Shown: positions 53,190 through 64,000 of the stretch, in pieces
Layout of the letters: every line of letters begins with the position of its first letter
How positions within the stretch are numbered: position 1 is the first letter of the stretch
Assembly: GCF_001194135.2 (NCBI RefSeq)
Contig: NC_068985.1
Span: 29,341,197-29,405,196, forward strand
Direction: 5' to 3'
Length of the DNA: 64,000 bases
DNA from: Octopus bimaculoides
Taxonomy: Eukaryota
The notes under the pieces: model-generated
What the model saw: only the letters and a program-made list of their open reading frames with translations
Told to the model about the DNA's origin: nothing
Databases searched by the model: none
Position numbers and translations under genes: made by a program

Positions 53190-55120
53190 CATCATTATCA
53201 TCATCGTTTAACATCCACCTTCCATGCTATCATGGGTGGGATGGTTTCACAAGAGCCGGGCAAGCAGAAGCCTACACCAGACTTCTGTGACTGTTTTGAT
53301 GGGATTTTTACAGCTGGATGCCCTTCCTAACACCAACCACTCATCAGAGTGGACTTGGTGCTTTTTATGTGGCACAAGCACAGGGGAGGTCAGTTATGGC
53401 AAGGTTTTTACAGCTGGATGTCCTTCCAAACAACAACCACTTTACAGTGTGGACTGGGTGCTTTTAAGTGGCACCTGCACTGACAGGGTCAGAAAGTACT
53501 TGCAAGACCAAAAAAAAAAACTTTCAAGAGGGGAGGGGGCATTAGAAGAGGTGATCTTGTGTCAGATGATGGAAGGTTATAATGAGACAGAGAGACAGAA
53601 ACAGGTGTGCTACCACAAAGGAAATACATGGTTACCCAACCTAAGGGAAGTGCAGGAGAAGGAGAGAGTGTGGGAGACAGCAGTATAGAGGTTGTGGCAA
53701 AATGCCGGGCATACTCACAAGGGACAGGGATCAGAATATAAATGGAATGGTTGAGTAAAGGAAGAGAGAGATATAGATAATAGCAAGTGCCAGGGCAAAC
53801 TCTTGAAGTTCGAGCACCATAATATAAGTGGCAGGATATTGCGAAGGAAGAGTGATTAAAGAGTGCGGAGGCTGGGAGTGAGTGGCAAAAACCTGGATAT
53901 ATATAGTCAGGGGGGCTACCGGATAGCAATGATACAGAGGAACAAGGCCATGAGGTCAGGATTGGTGAGTAAGAGCGAGGCATAGTGTATGAAGGAGGAA
54001 ATGTGAGGAAGAGAAGAGATGTGGAGATGTAGATTGGTTTGTTGGGATAGGGTGAGTGAAAAGATTTCTTGTTAAGTGTAGGTGGAACACACAGGTCGGG
54101 GCTAGCAGATAGCAATAATAGTGAGACAGGGTATGTGGCACAGGGCCAAGAGGACAGGATTGGGGAGTGGGTGGTAAGCATAGTGCACGAAGCAGAAATG
54201 TGAGGAAGAGAAGAGATGAAGAGACGTAGTTTGGTTTGTTGTGGTGATGTGAGAAGTTTTCTTGTCAAGTGTGGGTGGGACACAGTGCTTCTAGAACTCA
54301 GTTTCGCTGACGTGGGCAGGTCTTCTCTAAAACTTTATATTGCCAGACATCTTGGTCCATTGTCATTTCCTCTGAGAGGCCCAACATCCTGAGATTGATC
54401 CTTACCACTTCATCTCACATCTTCCTGGGTTTCCTTCTTCCACAAGTACCATCCACTTTCAGCAATCGGCATTTCTTTATGCAGCTGTCCTCATTCATAC
54501 ACATCACATGTCCAAACCAACGTAGTCTTCTCTCTTGCATACTACATTTGATTCCTTTTATGCCCAACTTTCTTCTCAATACATTTGCACTTTGCACTGA
54601 TGTAGCACATCCAACGGAGCATACTACCGTCATTTCTCTCCAGTCTACGCATGTCTTCTGCATTCAGAGCCCATGTCTCACTACCATGGAATAGAGCCGT
54701 TTGCACACAAGCATCATAAATTCTACCTTTCACTCTGAGAGAGAGTCTTTTTTTTCGCTAACAGAGGTAATAGTTCTCTGAACTTCCTTCACCCAATTCT
54801 TAATTCTAGAAACAATACTTTCAGAGCATCCTCCACCATTGCTAATTTGGTCACCTAGGTAACAGAAATTATCTACAACCTCAAGAGAGCCTCCTGGGCA
54901 TTTGAGAAAATCTAAGTCCTGTGTGCTCTTAGTGCTTATCACATACAAAGACGACTTTATCTGTTAATCTACCTGTGCTTCCACTGCACCTCTTACGTAT
55001 CCATAGTTTACACAGGGTGCAGCAAATGGAATTTTTTCCAACTCCTTTCCTACATACTGAGCAGGGCCATTTACCTGACAGAAAGAGAGTTTTATCTTCT
55101 TTCTTACTAACAACAACTTT
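53190..55120 (-). mobile_element. 5'-truncated RTE LINE with a long pyrimidine-rich 3' UTR
   Basis: GKWPCSVCRKGVGKNSICC, VVDNFCYLGD, HGSETWAL, RRLRWFGHV and GRRKPRKM. (CAT)n tail at ~53186-53206. Confidence 0.85.
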
Positions 55121-56224
55121 TGCTAAACTGCTAAGTTACAGGGATGTAAACAAATCAACATTGGTTGTCAAGAGTAGGGGGAATGGCACAAACACACATT
55201 TGTATATGAATACAACAGGCTTCTACACCATTTCTGGCTATCAAATTGATTCACAAGGCATTAGTCAGCCTGAGACCTTTCCAAGATGCTGCACAGTGAG
55301 ACTGAACCTAAGACCACATGGTTGCAAAGCAAGCTTCTTAACAGTCACATAGTCATGCCTGTACTTATAAATAAATTCACCAACATATTATTGTATCATT
55401 TAATGTCTCATTAAAATCAGAGTGGTGGGGCTGTATGTCTATATGTATATATACCCACACGTGTGCGTGCATGCGTGCAGAGAAAGAGAGACAATTAACA
55501 TAAAGTAAGACACAGATAGACAGTTAAAACCTGCAACCACCATTTGTTGACATTCTTTTATCATCAACACGAGCAAGTATAAGGACCCTGCTATTAATAA
55601 ATTGAAGTCTAAGATCAATTAAATTCAATCAGTTTTAGAAAGCTGTAGAAAATTAGAACTGTAGATCATTATCTTTGCCAACAGATTCAATATGTTTATA
55701 AGTCAAGATATTTCTAACAAATTTACATTATGTATAAGAATAAAATAAGCACTGAAATCTTACTTGCTTAAAGCAATATTATCAATCTATCTCTTGTTTT
55801 TTTTTGCTTTTTTATTGCCACTTTCTTGATTGTTAATTGATGAATATATAAATAGTAGCTAATTAAAACTTTCAACTTCATTATCTTTAAATTGTTTATC
55901 TCTATTAACTACACACTCATAGCTTCTCAAATTCCTTCTAAAACAGGTTATCTGGAAAATATAAATATGCTTGTACATAACTGGAGTTTAATTCAAATAT
56001 TGTTAGATATCAGAATAGTTGGAGTATCAGACAAAATACCTTTATATTTTGTTCCAACTCTTTATGTTTTGAGTTCAAATTTTGCTTGGGTCAACTTCAT
56101 TTGTATACTTCTGGATGGAGTGGGAGATGGGCATTGATAAAGTATCAGTGAAATATGGGTGTTGATGTAATTGATGACCAAACTCTCCCCAAAAAGGAAG
56201 TGACCTGTTAACTGTGTGAAAGAA

Positions 56225-56585
56225 TTAGTAAAGGCAGAGATATTGTTTTCAGTCATGTTTGTTTGTTTGTACATGGACAAGATATCTCAAGAACCACTGG
56301 ATGGATTCGAATGAAACTTTCAGGGATCCTTAGCTTTATGACTGGCATGAACTGATTAGATTTTGGGATCAATCCGGTACCAAACAAGGATTCTGGATTA
56401 TTTTTCCTGTTTTTTTTTTCCACTTAATTTTTGAGAGTGGTCGGGTTCATTTTTAGTATTCTCGTTTGTTAGAGCAGTTGAGTTTATTCCAGATATTCTC
56501 ATTTTAAAAATTATCTTTAGCTAATCATTGAGAGGACGTTGGTGTTGCCTTGACAAAGGTTTGTGCACTCTGAGTGCTCTTGTTA
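56225..56585. mobile_element. Possible non-autonomous DNA element (HINE/DINE-1-like layout)
   Basis: gtttgtttgttt microsatellite near one end, ggatggattcgaatgaaactt, and a terminal gccttgacaaaggt...ctctgagtgc. Family assignment is from memory only. Confidence 0.35.
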
Positions 56586-56809
56586 TCATTATTATTCACA
56601 TAAAAACTGTGGAATTGCAAAAACCAGTAAAGCACAAGGCTAAATACTTCTAATATTTAGTTCCATGTCTCTCTCTACATGAGGTCATGAGTGGCATCTT
56701 TGGTGGAATTGTTCTAACAATTTAAAATGCCTTTCATAACAAGTCCAAGTTTCACAGGAATACAACAGGGATGGTAACACAAATGATTTGCAAAGTGTCA
56801 GCTTTGTAT

Positions 56810-57770
56810 TCTTATTTATAGTCAGAAGGCAAACAAATCATAAATCCCATTAGGTAGACAGCCCTGCTCAATCTGTAGAAAATGTGTAGGTAGAAACTCC
56901 ATAAGATGTACCCGGTGTAAGCAATGGACACATAAGAAGTGCAGCAATATCAAAGGAAGGTTAACTGGGAAGTTTTTGTGTGTGCCAGATGCACAGGAGC
57001 AATAAACACTGACGTAAAGAAAACAGATTCCATCACATGCTAGGGGAAAAAAACTACCAAGTCAGTAGTGGAGGTGGATGCTCTGAGAGCATAGCTGCTA
57101 GAATAAGAATTGCCTGAGCAAAGTTCAGAGAACTCCTATCTCTGCTGGTAACAAAGGGTCTCTCGCTCAGAGTGAAAGGTAAACTGTATGATGCATGTAT
57201 GCGAACAGCCATGTTACACAGCAGTAAAACATGGGCTGTGACTGCTGAGGACGTGTAGGCTTGAAAGAAATGAAGCTAGTATGCTCCACTGGATGTGTAA
57301 TGTCAGTGTGCATGCACAACAGAGAGTAAGCACCTTGAGAGAAAAGTTGGACATAAGAAGCATCCAATGTGGTGTGCAAGAGAGATGACTTCGCTGGTAT
57401 GGTCATATGTTGCGTATGGATGTGGATAGCTGTGTCGAAAAGTGTCACACCCCTAACAGTAGAGGGAACCTTTGGAAGAGGTAGACCCAGAAAGACCTGG
57501 GATGAGGTGGTGAAAACACAACCTTCAAACGTTGGACCTCACAAACGCAATGACAAGTGACTGAGACCTTTGAAGATATGCTGTGCTTGAGAAGACCCAG
57601 CAAGCCAAGTGAGATCGTAGCCATGGCCGATGCCAGTGTCACATAACCAGCCCGTTTAAAAGTACCCTTCAATCCTCAGGCAATATGCTGTGCTTGAGAA
57701 GACCTGTCGAGTCAAGTGAAATTGTGGTCGTAGCAGATGCCAGTGCCGCCTGACTGACACCCGTGCCATG
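56810..57770 (+). mobile_element. 5'-truncated RTE LINE fragment (PHD finger to 3' UTR modules)
   Basis: PCSICRKCVGRNSIRCTRCKQWTHKKC...CARC, SKTWAV and GRGRPRKTWDEVVK. Homologous to 22880-23900. Confidence 0.88.
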
Positions 57771-58083
57771 TATATATATAATAATGGTTTATGTTTGAGA
57801 TTTGAAGCTTGTATTTGTAACAAGAAGGAAGTGTAGATGTAATGGACATATTGTGCAAATGTTTTTCACTCCTGCTTCTTGTCTATTAAGCAAGGCTATT
57901 TTTCCCAGTCTTTCATAGAAAACATGTCTAGCTATGGAAAAATAAGACCTTGTTTAGAAACAGGTCATGTTTGGCAACAAGTGCAGCGCACTGTAGAAAA
58001 TCTGCTTCAACAAATTCTATGTGATTCATGCAAACATGGAATAGTAGACATTATACGATGACAATGGTGATGATGTATACATT

Positions 58084-58474
58084 TCTTTTACTCTTTTATT
58101 TGTTTCAGTCATATGGCTGCGGCCATGCTGGAGCACCGCCCTTAGTCGAGCAAATCGACTCCGGGACTTATTCTTTGTAAGCTTAGTACTTATTCTATTG
58201 GTATCTTTTGCCAAAATGCTAAGTGACAGCGACATAAACACACCAGCATCAGTTGTCAAGTAATGCTAGGGTGACAAACACAGACACACAAAAACATACA
58301 CACACTCATACATATATATGACAAGCTTCTTTCAGTTTCCATCTACTAAATCCACTCACAAGGCTTTGGTCGGCCTGAGGCTATAATAGAAGACACTTGC
58401 CCAAGATGCCATGCAGTGGGAATGAACCTGGAACCATGTGGTTGGTAAGTAAACTACTTACCACAAAGCCACTC

Positions 58475-58477
<3 letters not shown>
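58084..58477 (-). mobile_element. SINE family A, full length
   Basis: Same body and tail. Partial or old copies also lie near 4178, 14225, 21240, 38215, 39040 and 55120. Confidence 0.85.
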
Positions 58478-58517
<40 letters not shown>

Positions 58518-59680
58518 TTTAATTTCCAAATGCTAAGATGATTTATAATTAAAATATGTACTCTTGTAACTACCTAGTAGTGATTTAATGTCCTTTTTTA
58601 ATATATATTAGTTTGAAGAGTGCTAAGTATATTATCAATGTGAAGATGGTAATTACATGACTTGATGCTGCACCAGTGAAAAATCATTCCATGGTAGTTA
58701 TCAAATTTTTCCCTTACATGCACCTTATAAAAAACACATTTCTTTTCACTAAAATATTAAAACAACTCTTCCAATAGTTCTCTTCACATCAGTTTTCAAA
58801 AAGATAAGCATTTGTTTTCAGTTATGGAAAAAGAGTGAGTGAAATCCTGACAAACATATACTTCAAAGTACCTTCATTACACAGCTGTTTTATATATGTT
58901 ATTTGATTAAAAAGGGAAAAAAACTGCAATGATGCAAAAATATTTAAAAGTACACTTATTGCACTAGTTGGAAGATATAAATAGATAAGTGCAATGTCGA
59001 AAATCAATAGTTTCATTAGCAAAACCTGAAGGTAAACTTAGGTTTCAGAAAGAACAAATACTTTTCAAATATTATCAGCTTTGACAAAATTTTTGAAAAA
59101 AAGCCATCAATTATCACTAAAACTCTTTTAAACATTATGTAACTGTTCCATCAGATTTCCTTATATACCTTAGGAAATTCATTACACATCCATGGAGGTT
59201 ATTTACTACACATACTTTTCCAATTTTTCTTGCTCAGACTATTTTGTGACCAAAGGTTTTCAAAAGTTGGATCATTTTGAAGCTCCTTTTCATACATTTC
59301 CTAAATTTTTCAAAATTTCTTTTACCCTTCTCCTTTTAATGATCTTTAATGCTAGGTTTTGGATAAAATTTGTCACTGTAGATTATAATTAAAAAGTGGG
59401 GAAAAACACATTAAGTTCCTCAAATCTTGAAGCAGCTTTATGATGGACTAAGTAATCACACCCTTCCCTGAGACACTGTTATGTTATCGATCTAAATATT
59501 GTAAGTCACAAACAAAACTAGAAATCAATAATTGTTCAACTTTCACACAACCCCAATACTAAAATTATAAAATAAAAGACTGAGATGTTTAACTAATAGA
59601 TATACATATTTCTTCACAGCAATAATCAAACTCAAAAACAAAAAAGATAATATATATTACAAACACCTAACCATACTCAC

Positions 59681-59765
59681 CTACAATTAACCGTTCATCA
59701 TTTGGTATTTCTTTGAAAATTTTCTTGTAATCCTCACTGCGTGATTTATAGGTAGGACTTAAAAC
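59681..59765 (-). CDS. GRAMD1: GRAMD1/Aster-like gene, exon A (start of GRAM domain), VLSPTYKSRSEDYKKIFKEIPNDERLIV
   Basis: 85 nt with acceptor ttctttcaattgtag and donor gtgagt. Translation resembles vertebrate GRAMD1 VLSPTYKQRNEDFRKLFKQLPDTERLIV (recalled, not searched). Ends in phase 1 and joins exon B to make D. Confidence 0.93.
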
Positions 59766-60353
59766 CTACAATTGAAAGAAAATTTACGGATATTAGTTCA
59801 TGGCTTCAGAAAATTTTCTTATGAGAACTCACAGACTTGGAAATATATTAGAAATTAATTTTCTCAATAATCAACAAATGTCTAAAAGAAAGGTATATTA
59901 GGTGAAACTTCATCCTGCATAGAACAAATAAATATGACACCCATTAAGTTTATTTACATTATTTGCAACCAAACAAAAGCTTATTTATCTATCTTTCCAA
60001 TAAAACAACAGAATTTTATGGTCTCACATACAGTGAGAAAGAGTGACAGAATGAGAGAGAGAGGTAGAAAAACCAGATATGCACACTGGGGATAGTGACC
60101 CCAGAATGTTATACAGTACCATTTTACACAACAAAACACTGTGCAAGTGATTCCAATGAAATGTGAACTATAAATATATCTGAATTTGTGCTGAATTTGT
60201 GGGTGGGCTATTTCCAAATAATCATTTAGTAAATTTTCATTCCATATGTTACCTAAATTAGCATGATGAGGGCTGATTAACAACAGCACCAACAACAAAT
60301 TAATACAAATTGGATTATTTAAAACGGTGTCTGTCAATTTTGAATCTCTTTCT

Positions 60354-60421
60354 CTCTAGGTCAGAGAGAGAGAGAGAGGGGGAGAAAGGTCCTCCCTCTC
60401 CTTTTGCTCTCTGACCTAGAG
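60354..60421. repeat. 68-nt hairpin with a perfect 15-bp basal stem
   Basis: ctctaggtcagagag ... ctctctgacctagag. Confidence 0.85.
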
Positions 60422-61061
60422 GATTTGTATATCTTAGTGCTTCTTTCTCATCCAGTTATCTACATGGGTTGGGCATTTTCAATGAATTTTATCACTTGCA
60501 TGAACAACTGAAATAGGTTTCACAGCTGAATATAGCTATATAATTGAAAGTAATTGGAAGAAACGCTTATTAAAATACAGTAATTAATGTAATTTGGATT
60601 TCAGTTCAACATTAATGTTAGCACCAGACCATAACTTTTAGAACTATTAAGTTGAAGGCCAAAAACTTTAATGACAGAGTCACATGCACTTCCAATTACA
60701 CTCACACACATACACCTTTACACATATAATAAGATTAAACAACTGAGAATGTATAGAAATATGACAACATACAACTCAATCGCAACCTAATTCACCAGGC
60801 TTCCTAAGAAACAGGTCTGGTGCAACTTTGAACAAAGACACGATTGTTATTCAAAAAGAAGTCAAAGAAAGATTTAACTGTAAACAAAAGATTGATAATA
60901 TGAATTCAAGTATGTATTTTAAAGTTATCAGAAATACTTTTATTAATATACAAGTAAAGAATGAAGAAAAGATAACTAATAACTTAAAATACAATATTAA
61001 TACTAATTATTCAATTTTTTTTTAAACGGTTCACACACATACACGCATGCATATACATATA

Positions 61062-61466
61062 CTGGTTATGAAGTTTGCTTGCTAATCACATGGTTTCAGG
61101 CTCAGACCTACTGTATAGCATCTTGGGCAAGTTTTCTACCCTAACTCCAGACTGACCAAAGCCTTGTGGGTGGATTTGGTAGATGGAAACTTAAAAACTT
61201 GTTGTGTATACACGTGTGTGTGTGTGTGTGTGTGCATGAGTGTGTCTCCTTGTCTTGATATTGTGTGACGTAAATGAATGTCATGTCACTTCTAATATTC
61301 TGTGGAAACATGCCTGGCTATGTGGAAATATTTACCTTGCTTGGAAACAGGTATGGGTTGGTGATGAGAAAGACAACAAGCTGTAGAAAATCTGCCTCAG
61401 CGAAGTCCATCTCTGATCCATGCAAGCACAGAAAAGTGGACGTTGAAACAATGATGATGATAATGA
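61062..61466 (+). mobile_element. SINE with family A head and body but an RTE-like (GAT)n tail
   Basis: ccaaagccttgtgggtggatttggtagatggaaac, then (TG)n, then tgtctccttgtcttg...ggaaacagg...ctgtagaaaatctgcctc...ggacgttgaaacaatgatgatg. Tail-only copies lie near 57840, 63672, 38810 and 20930. Confidence 0.7.
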
Positions 61467-61812
61467 TAAATTTGACAATTTGTATTTGATGGGTCCGTGA
61501 ATTTAGAACTTTTTCATGAATTATTTAGAACGACTATAATACAATCAGATAATAAATCAGAGATGCTCATCTTTACACTAACCATAGAATAAAGTAATCT
61601 AAGAAATATTTGCTGTGCAGAGATAATTTAGGTGAGTGGTTTATTAATTATCCACAGAGCTCATTAATTAATGTGAAATCATTTTAAATTACACAAGTGG
61701 ACAGAAAATGCTTGTATAGCCATTGAATTCATAACGTGGTTTCATAACAACAAAGTAGTTGTTAATTTAAATGAAACATTGCCAGCATTCACCTAGAATA
61801 ACATTCACTTAC

Positions 61813-61826
61813 ATACCAATGGGGAC
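61813..61826 (-). CDS. Candidate 14-nt microexon ending ...PHWY, upstream of exon A
   Basis: ctatag|gtccccattggtat|gtaagt has a perfect donor. WY would abut VLSPTY, as in the vertebrate WYNVLSPTY. The polypyrimidine tract is weak. Confidence 0.22.
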
Positions 61827-62029
61827 CTATAGTTTAGTTACTGTAACATATATAGAAACATGTATCAGCTCAATCTACTTCTCTGCAACTGTGTATTGAG
61901 TACTTAGTTGTTTACATACAGTAACCATTAAACCATGAACATTCCACCAACACCACCTTCATGCACAAACAACTGCTCTAAAATTTCTGACTGCAGTCAC
62001 ACATCCTGGGTTCCTAATTCTGGTCTCAC

Positions 62030-62039
62030 CTTCTGTCTG
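62030..62039 (-). CDS. Candidate 10-nt microexon (cagacagaag)
   Basis: ctttcctattgctttag|cagacagaag|gtgaga. Combined with the 14-nt candidate it gives 24 nt in frame (QTEGPHWY). Confidence 0.13.
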
Positions 62040-64000
62040 CTAAAGCAATAGGAAAGGTAGCCTGTCTAGGTCTAAAAACAAATACCATCCATGCTATAAT
62101 ACCATCAAAAAATCCAGCACATCCATGCTGGTAACAATGTAAATGAAGGATGAAGTCTGTAAAACAGATAAAGGTTTGGAGGGAATATATTTTTTTAAAG
62201 AAAAAGGAAGAATATTTCTGAGTGTCAACTTTGTTGAAATGTTACCAAACAAATGAATAATGGTAATAAGAATTTAGAATTGAAATGTCAATTTAGTTTC
62301 AGATGTAATAAATGATTTATCATCTGTCCTGGGTAAGACTTGAAACAGCATCTGGTTGTGAGACCCTGATTTTGGAGTAGAACCACATTCTTAGCCATTA
62401 CTGTTCCAAAGTCTACTCTGACCAAGAGTAGTAGCACCTGTCTGGGTCCCAGCTATATGTTAATTAGCATGTTATGGAAAAAAATTCCAAGCACAAACCC
62501 TTGTGAATGTCTTAAGAAAGGAAAAGGTTAGGGGAGTCCACCTTGACAGCAAATTTAAGAGTGGAGACCCTCAGGCAATCTGGTGCCCTCTTTCATACCC
62601 TTTCAGCAACTCCAGAGTAGGTGGAGCTCTCCGCCAGCCCGATGTAAAACCTATAACTTGCTGGTCACTGCAGCTATCTTAGCTCACTGAGCCATTGTGA
62701 TCAGACCTTCAAATCTAAAGAGCAGGACCAGATTGTACAGACTGACTCTCACTTTAAAACTACAAAGTGCAGGCTGGAACAAAAGCTCTGCAGCATCAAG
62801 AATCAGTGTACATAGCCATTTGAGGGCATACCACTCTTGAACATAACCTTTGGATATGAAGAAACTGTCATCGTCAATTGGGTTTGTAAAATGGCATCAA
62901 GGTAGATATCTATAACTTTAAAATTCATTTACCAAAGGCAATTAAGACATTAAACACTAGACACACATCAAGCCCTATTACTACAATTCACTGTTTTGTC
63001 TCAGTGGACAAAACTGAAATCTGCTTGCTTCAAACTGAGTAACTAGCAATACTTTTTTCCTATTTCATGATTGGATGATTAAACACACGCAAGAAGTGGA
63101 AAAACTCCCTTCTGCAATTATTTGCAAATGCACAATTTAGAAAAGCTTATCCTACAAAAGAAAATCGAGTTATACAGAGTTATAACAGAAAGAAAAGGAG
63201 ATCATATCTATTTTTTCTTGTTTTCTTTTCTCTACAGTGACAGACTGATTTGAGGTTTGAACTTTTTTTCTCATTTATTTACCACTAGCCTATCGCTGGT
63301 TGATGAAAAACAAACTATAAGGCAAGTTTGGATTCAATCAGCAATATACTACACTGAATACCTTTGTACCTATATCATCTCATTCTTTCAGTCAATTTCT
63401 CAGTTATTTTATCAATGTTTGAAAGATGAAAGTCTAAACTGACCTAGTTGAAATTTGAACCCACTCAAACTTGTCAATATTAAGTAGCAATTCCAACATT
63501 CTTACAAATGCATTGAATAGATGTATATGCAATCCCTAAAATTGAACAACTTGTATTATATTCAATGTGTGTTAATGGAGGACCTTCTTTGTTAATCCCA
63601 GAAAAATAAAAGAGGAATTTAGTTGGGGGGAGGGGCAGTGAACTTGGGAAAGTGAGGCACTAAATTAGATTTGTGTGTGTGTGTACCCTTGTCTAAACAT
63701 CACATGATGATTGTAAATATCATTGTCTTATAAGCAAGGTTGTTCCTTGCGATTCTTCTGAGAAAACAAATCTATCCATGGGAAAATACCGTCTTGCTTG
63801 AAAACAGGTGAGGTTTAAGAGGCAGGAAGGGCATCCTGCTGTAGAAAATATGCCTCAACAAATTCTGTTTGACCCATGCAAATATATAAAAGTGGACATT
63901 AAATGATGATGATGATACTCAGAATGCTCCATATTCTACTTTCTCTCAGTCATATTGTACATCATCATCATCATCATTTAACGTCAGTTTTCTATGCTAG

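Noticed and set aside
53489-54283. 264-aa ORF (also the 192-aa ORF at 20320-20898)
   Set aside because: Both lie in RTE 3' UTR sequence of biased composition and show no recognisable domain.
63208-63240. Strong plus-strand splice-acceptor-like pyrimidine tract
   Set aside because: It is antisense to the gene, with no matching donor or meaningful frame. Such tracts are common in AT-rich DNA.

Overview
AT-rich, repeat-dense eukaryotic DNA with 7 N-gaps and many (TA)n/(TG)n/(AG)n tracts. The SINE and RTE repeat content suggests a coleoid cephalopod, probably Octopus (inference). One host gene is well supported: a minus-strand GRAMD1/Aster-family sterol transfer gene. Four exons (59765-59681, 40240-40137, 31241-31065, 27992-27837) splice in frame with GT-AG ends and encode the GRAM domain. 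The VASt and transmembrane exons were not found and presumably lie left of position 1, so most of the window is intronic. The introns hold RTE LINE fragments with a PHD finger after the RT core, many RTE 3' tail copies, several tRNA-headed SINE families, a hAT MITE with TIR and TSD, and remnants of hAT, mariner, Helitron and Penelope-like elements. The most notable find is a complete hammerhead ribozyme core at 2902-2949 (-). A degenerate second one lies at 3923-3962 (-). Together they bracket a ~1 kb Penelope-like remnant in the host gene's sense orientation. Other leads are an 80-bp target-site duplication, a candidate internal first exon giving a GRAM-less isoform, candidate microexons, two fold-back structures and SINE tail swapping. 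All calls were made by eye, without database searches; repeat boundaries are approximate.
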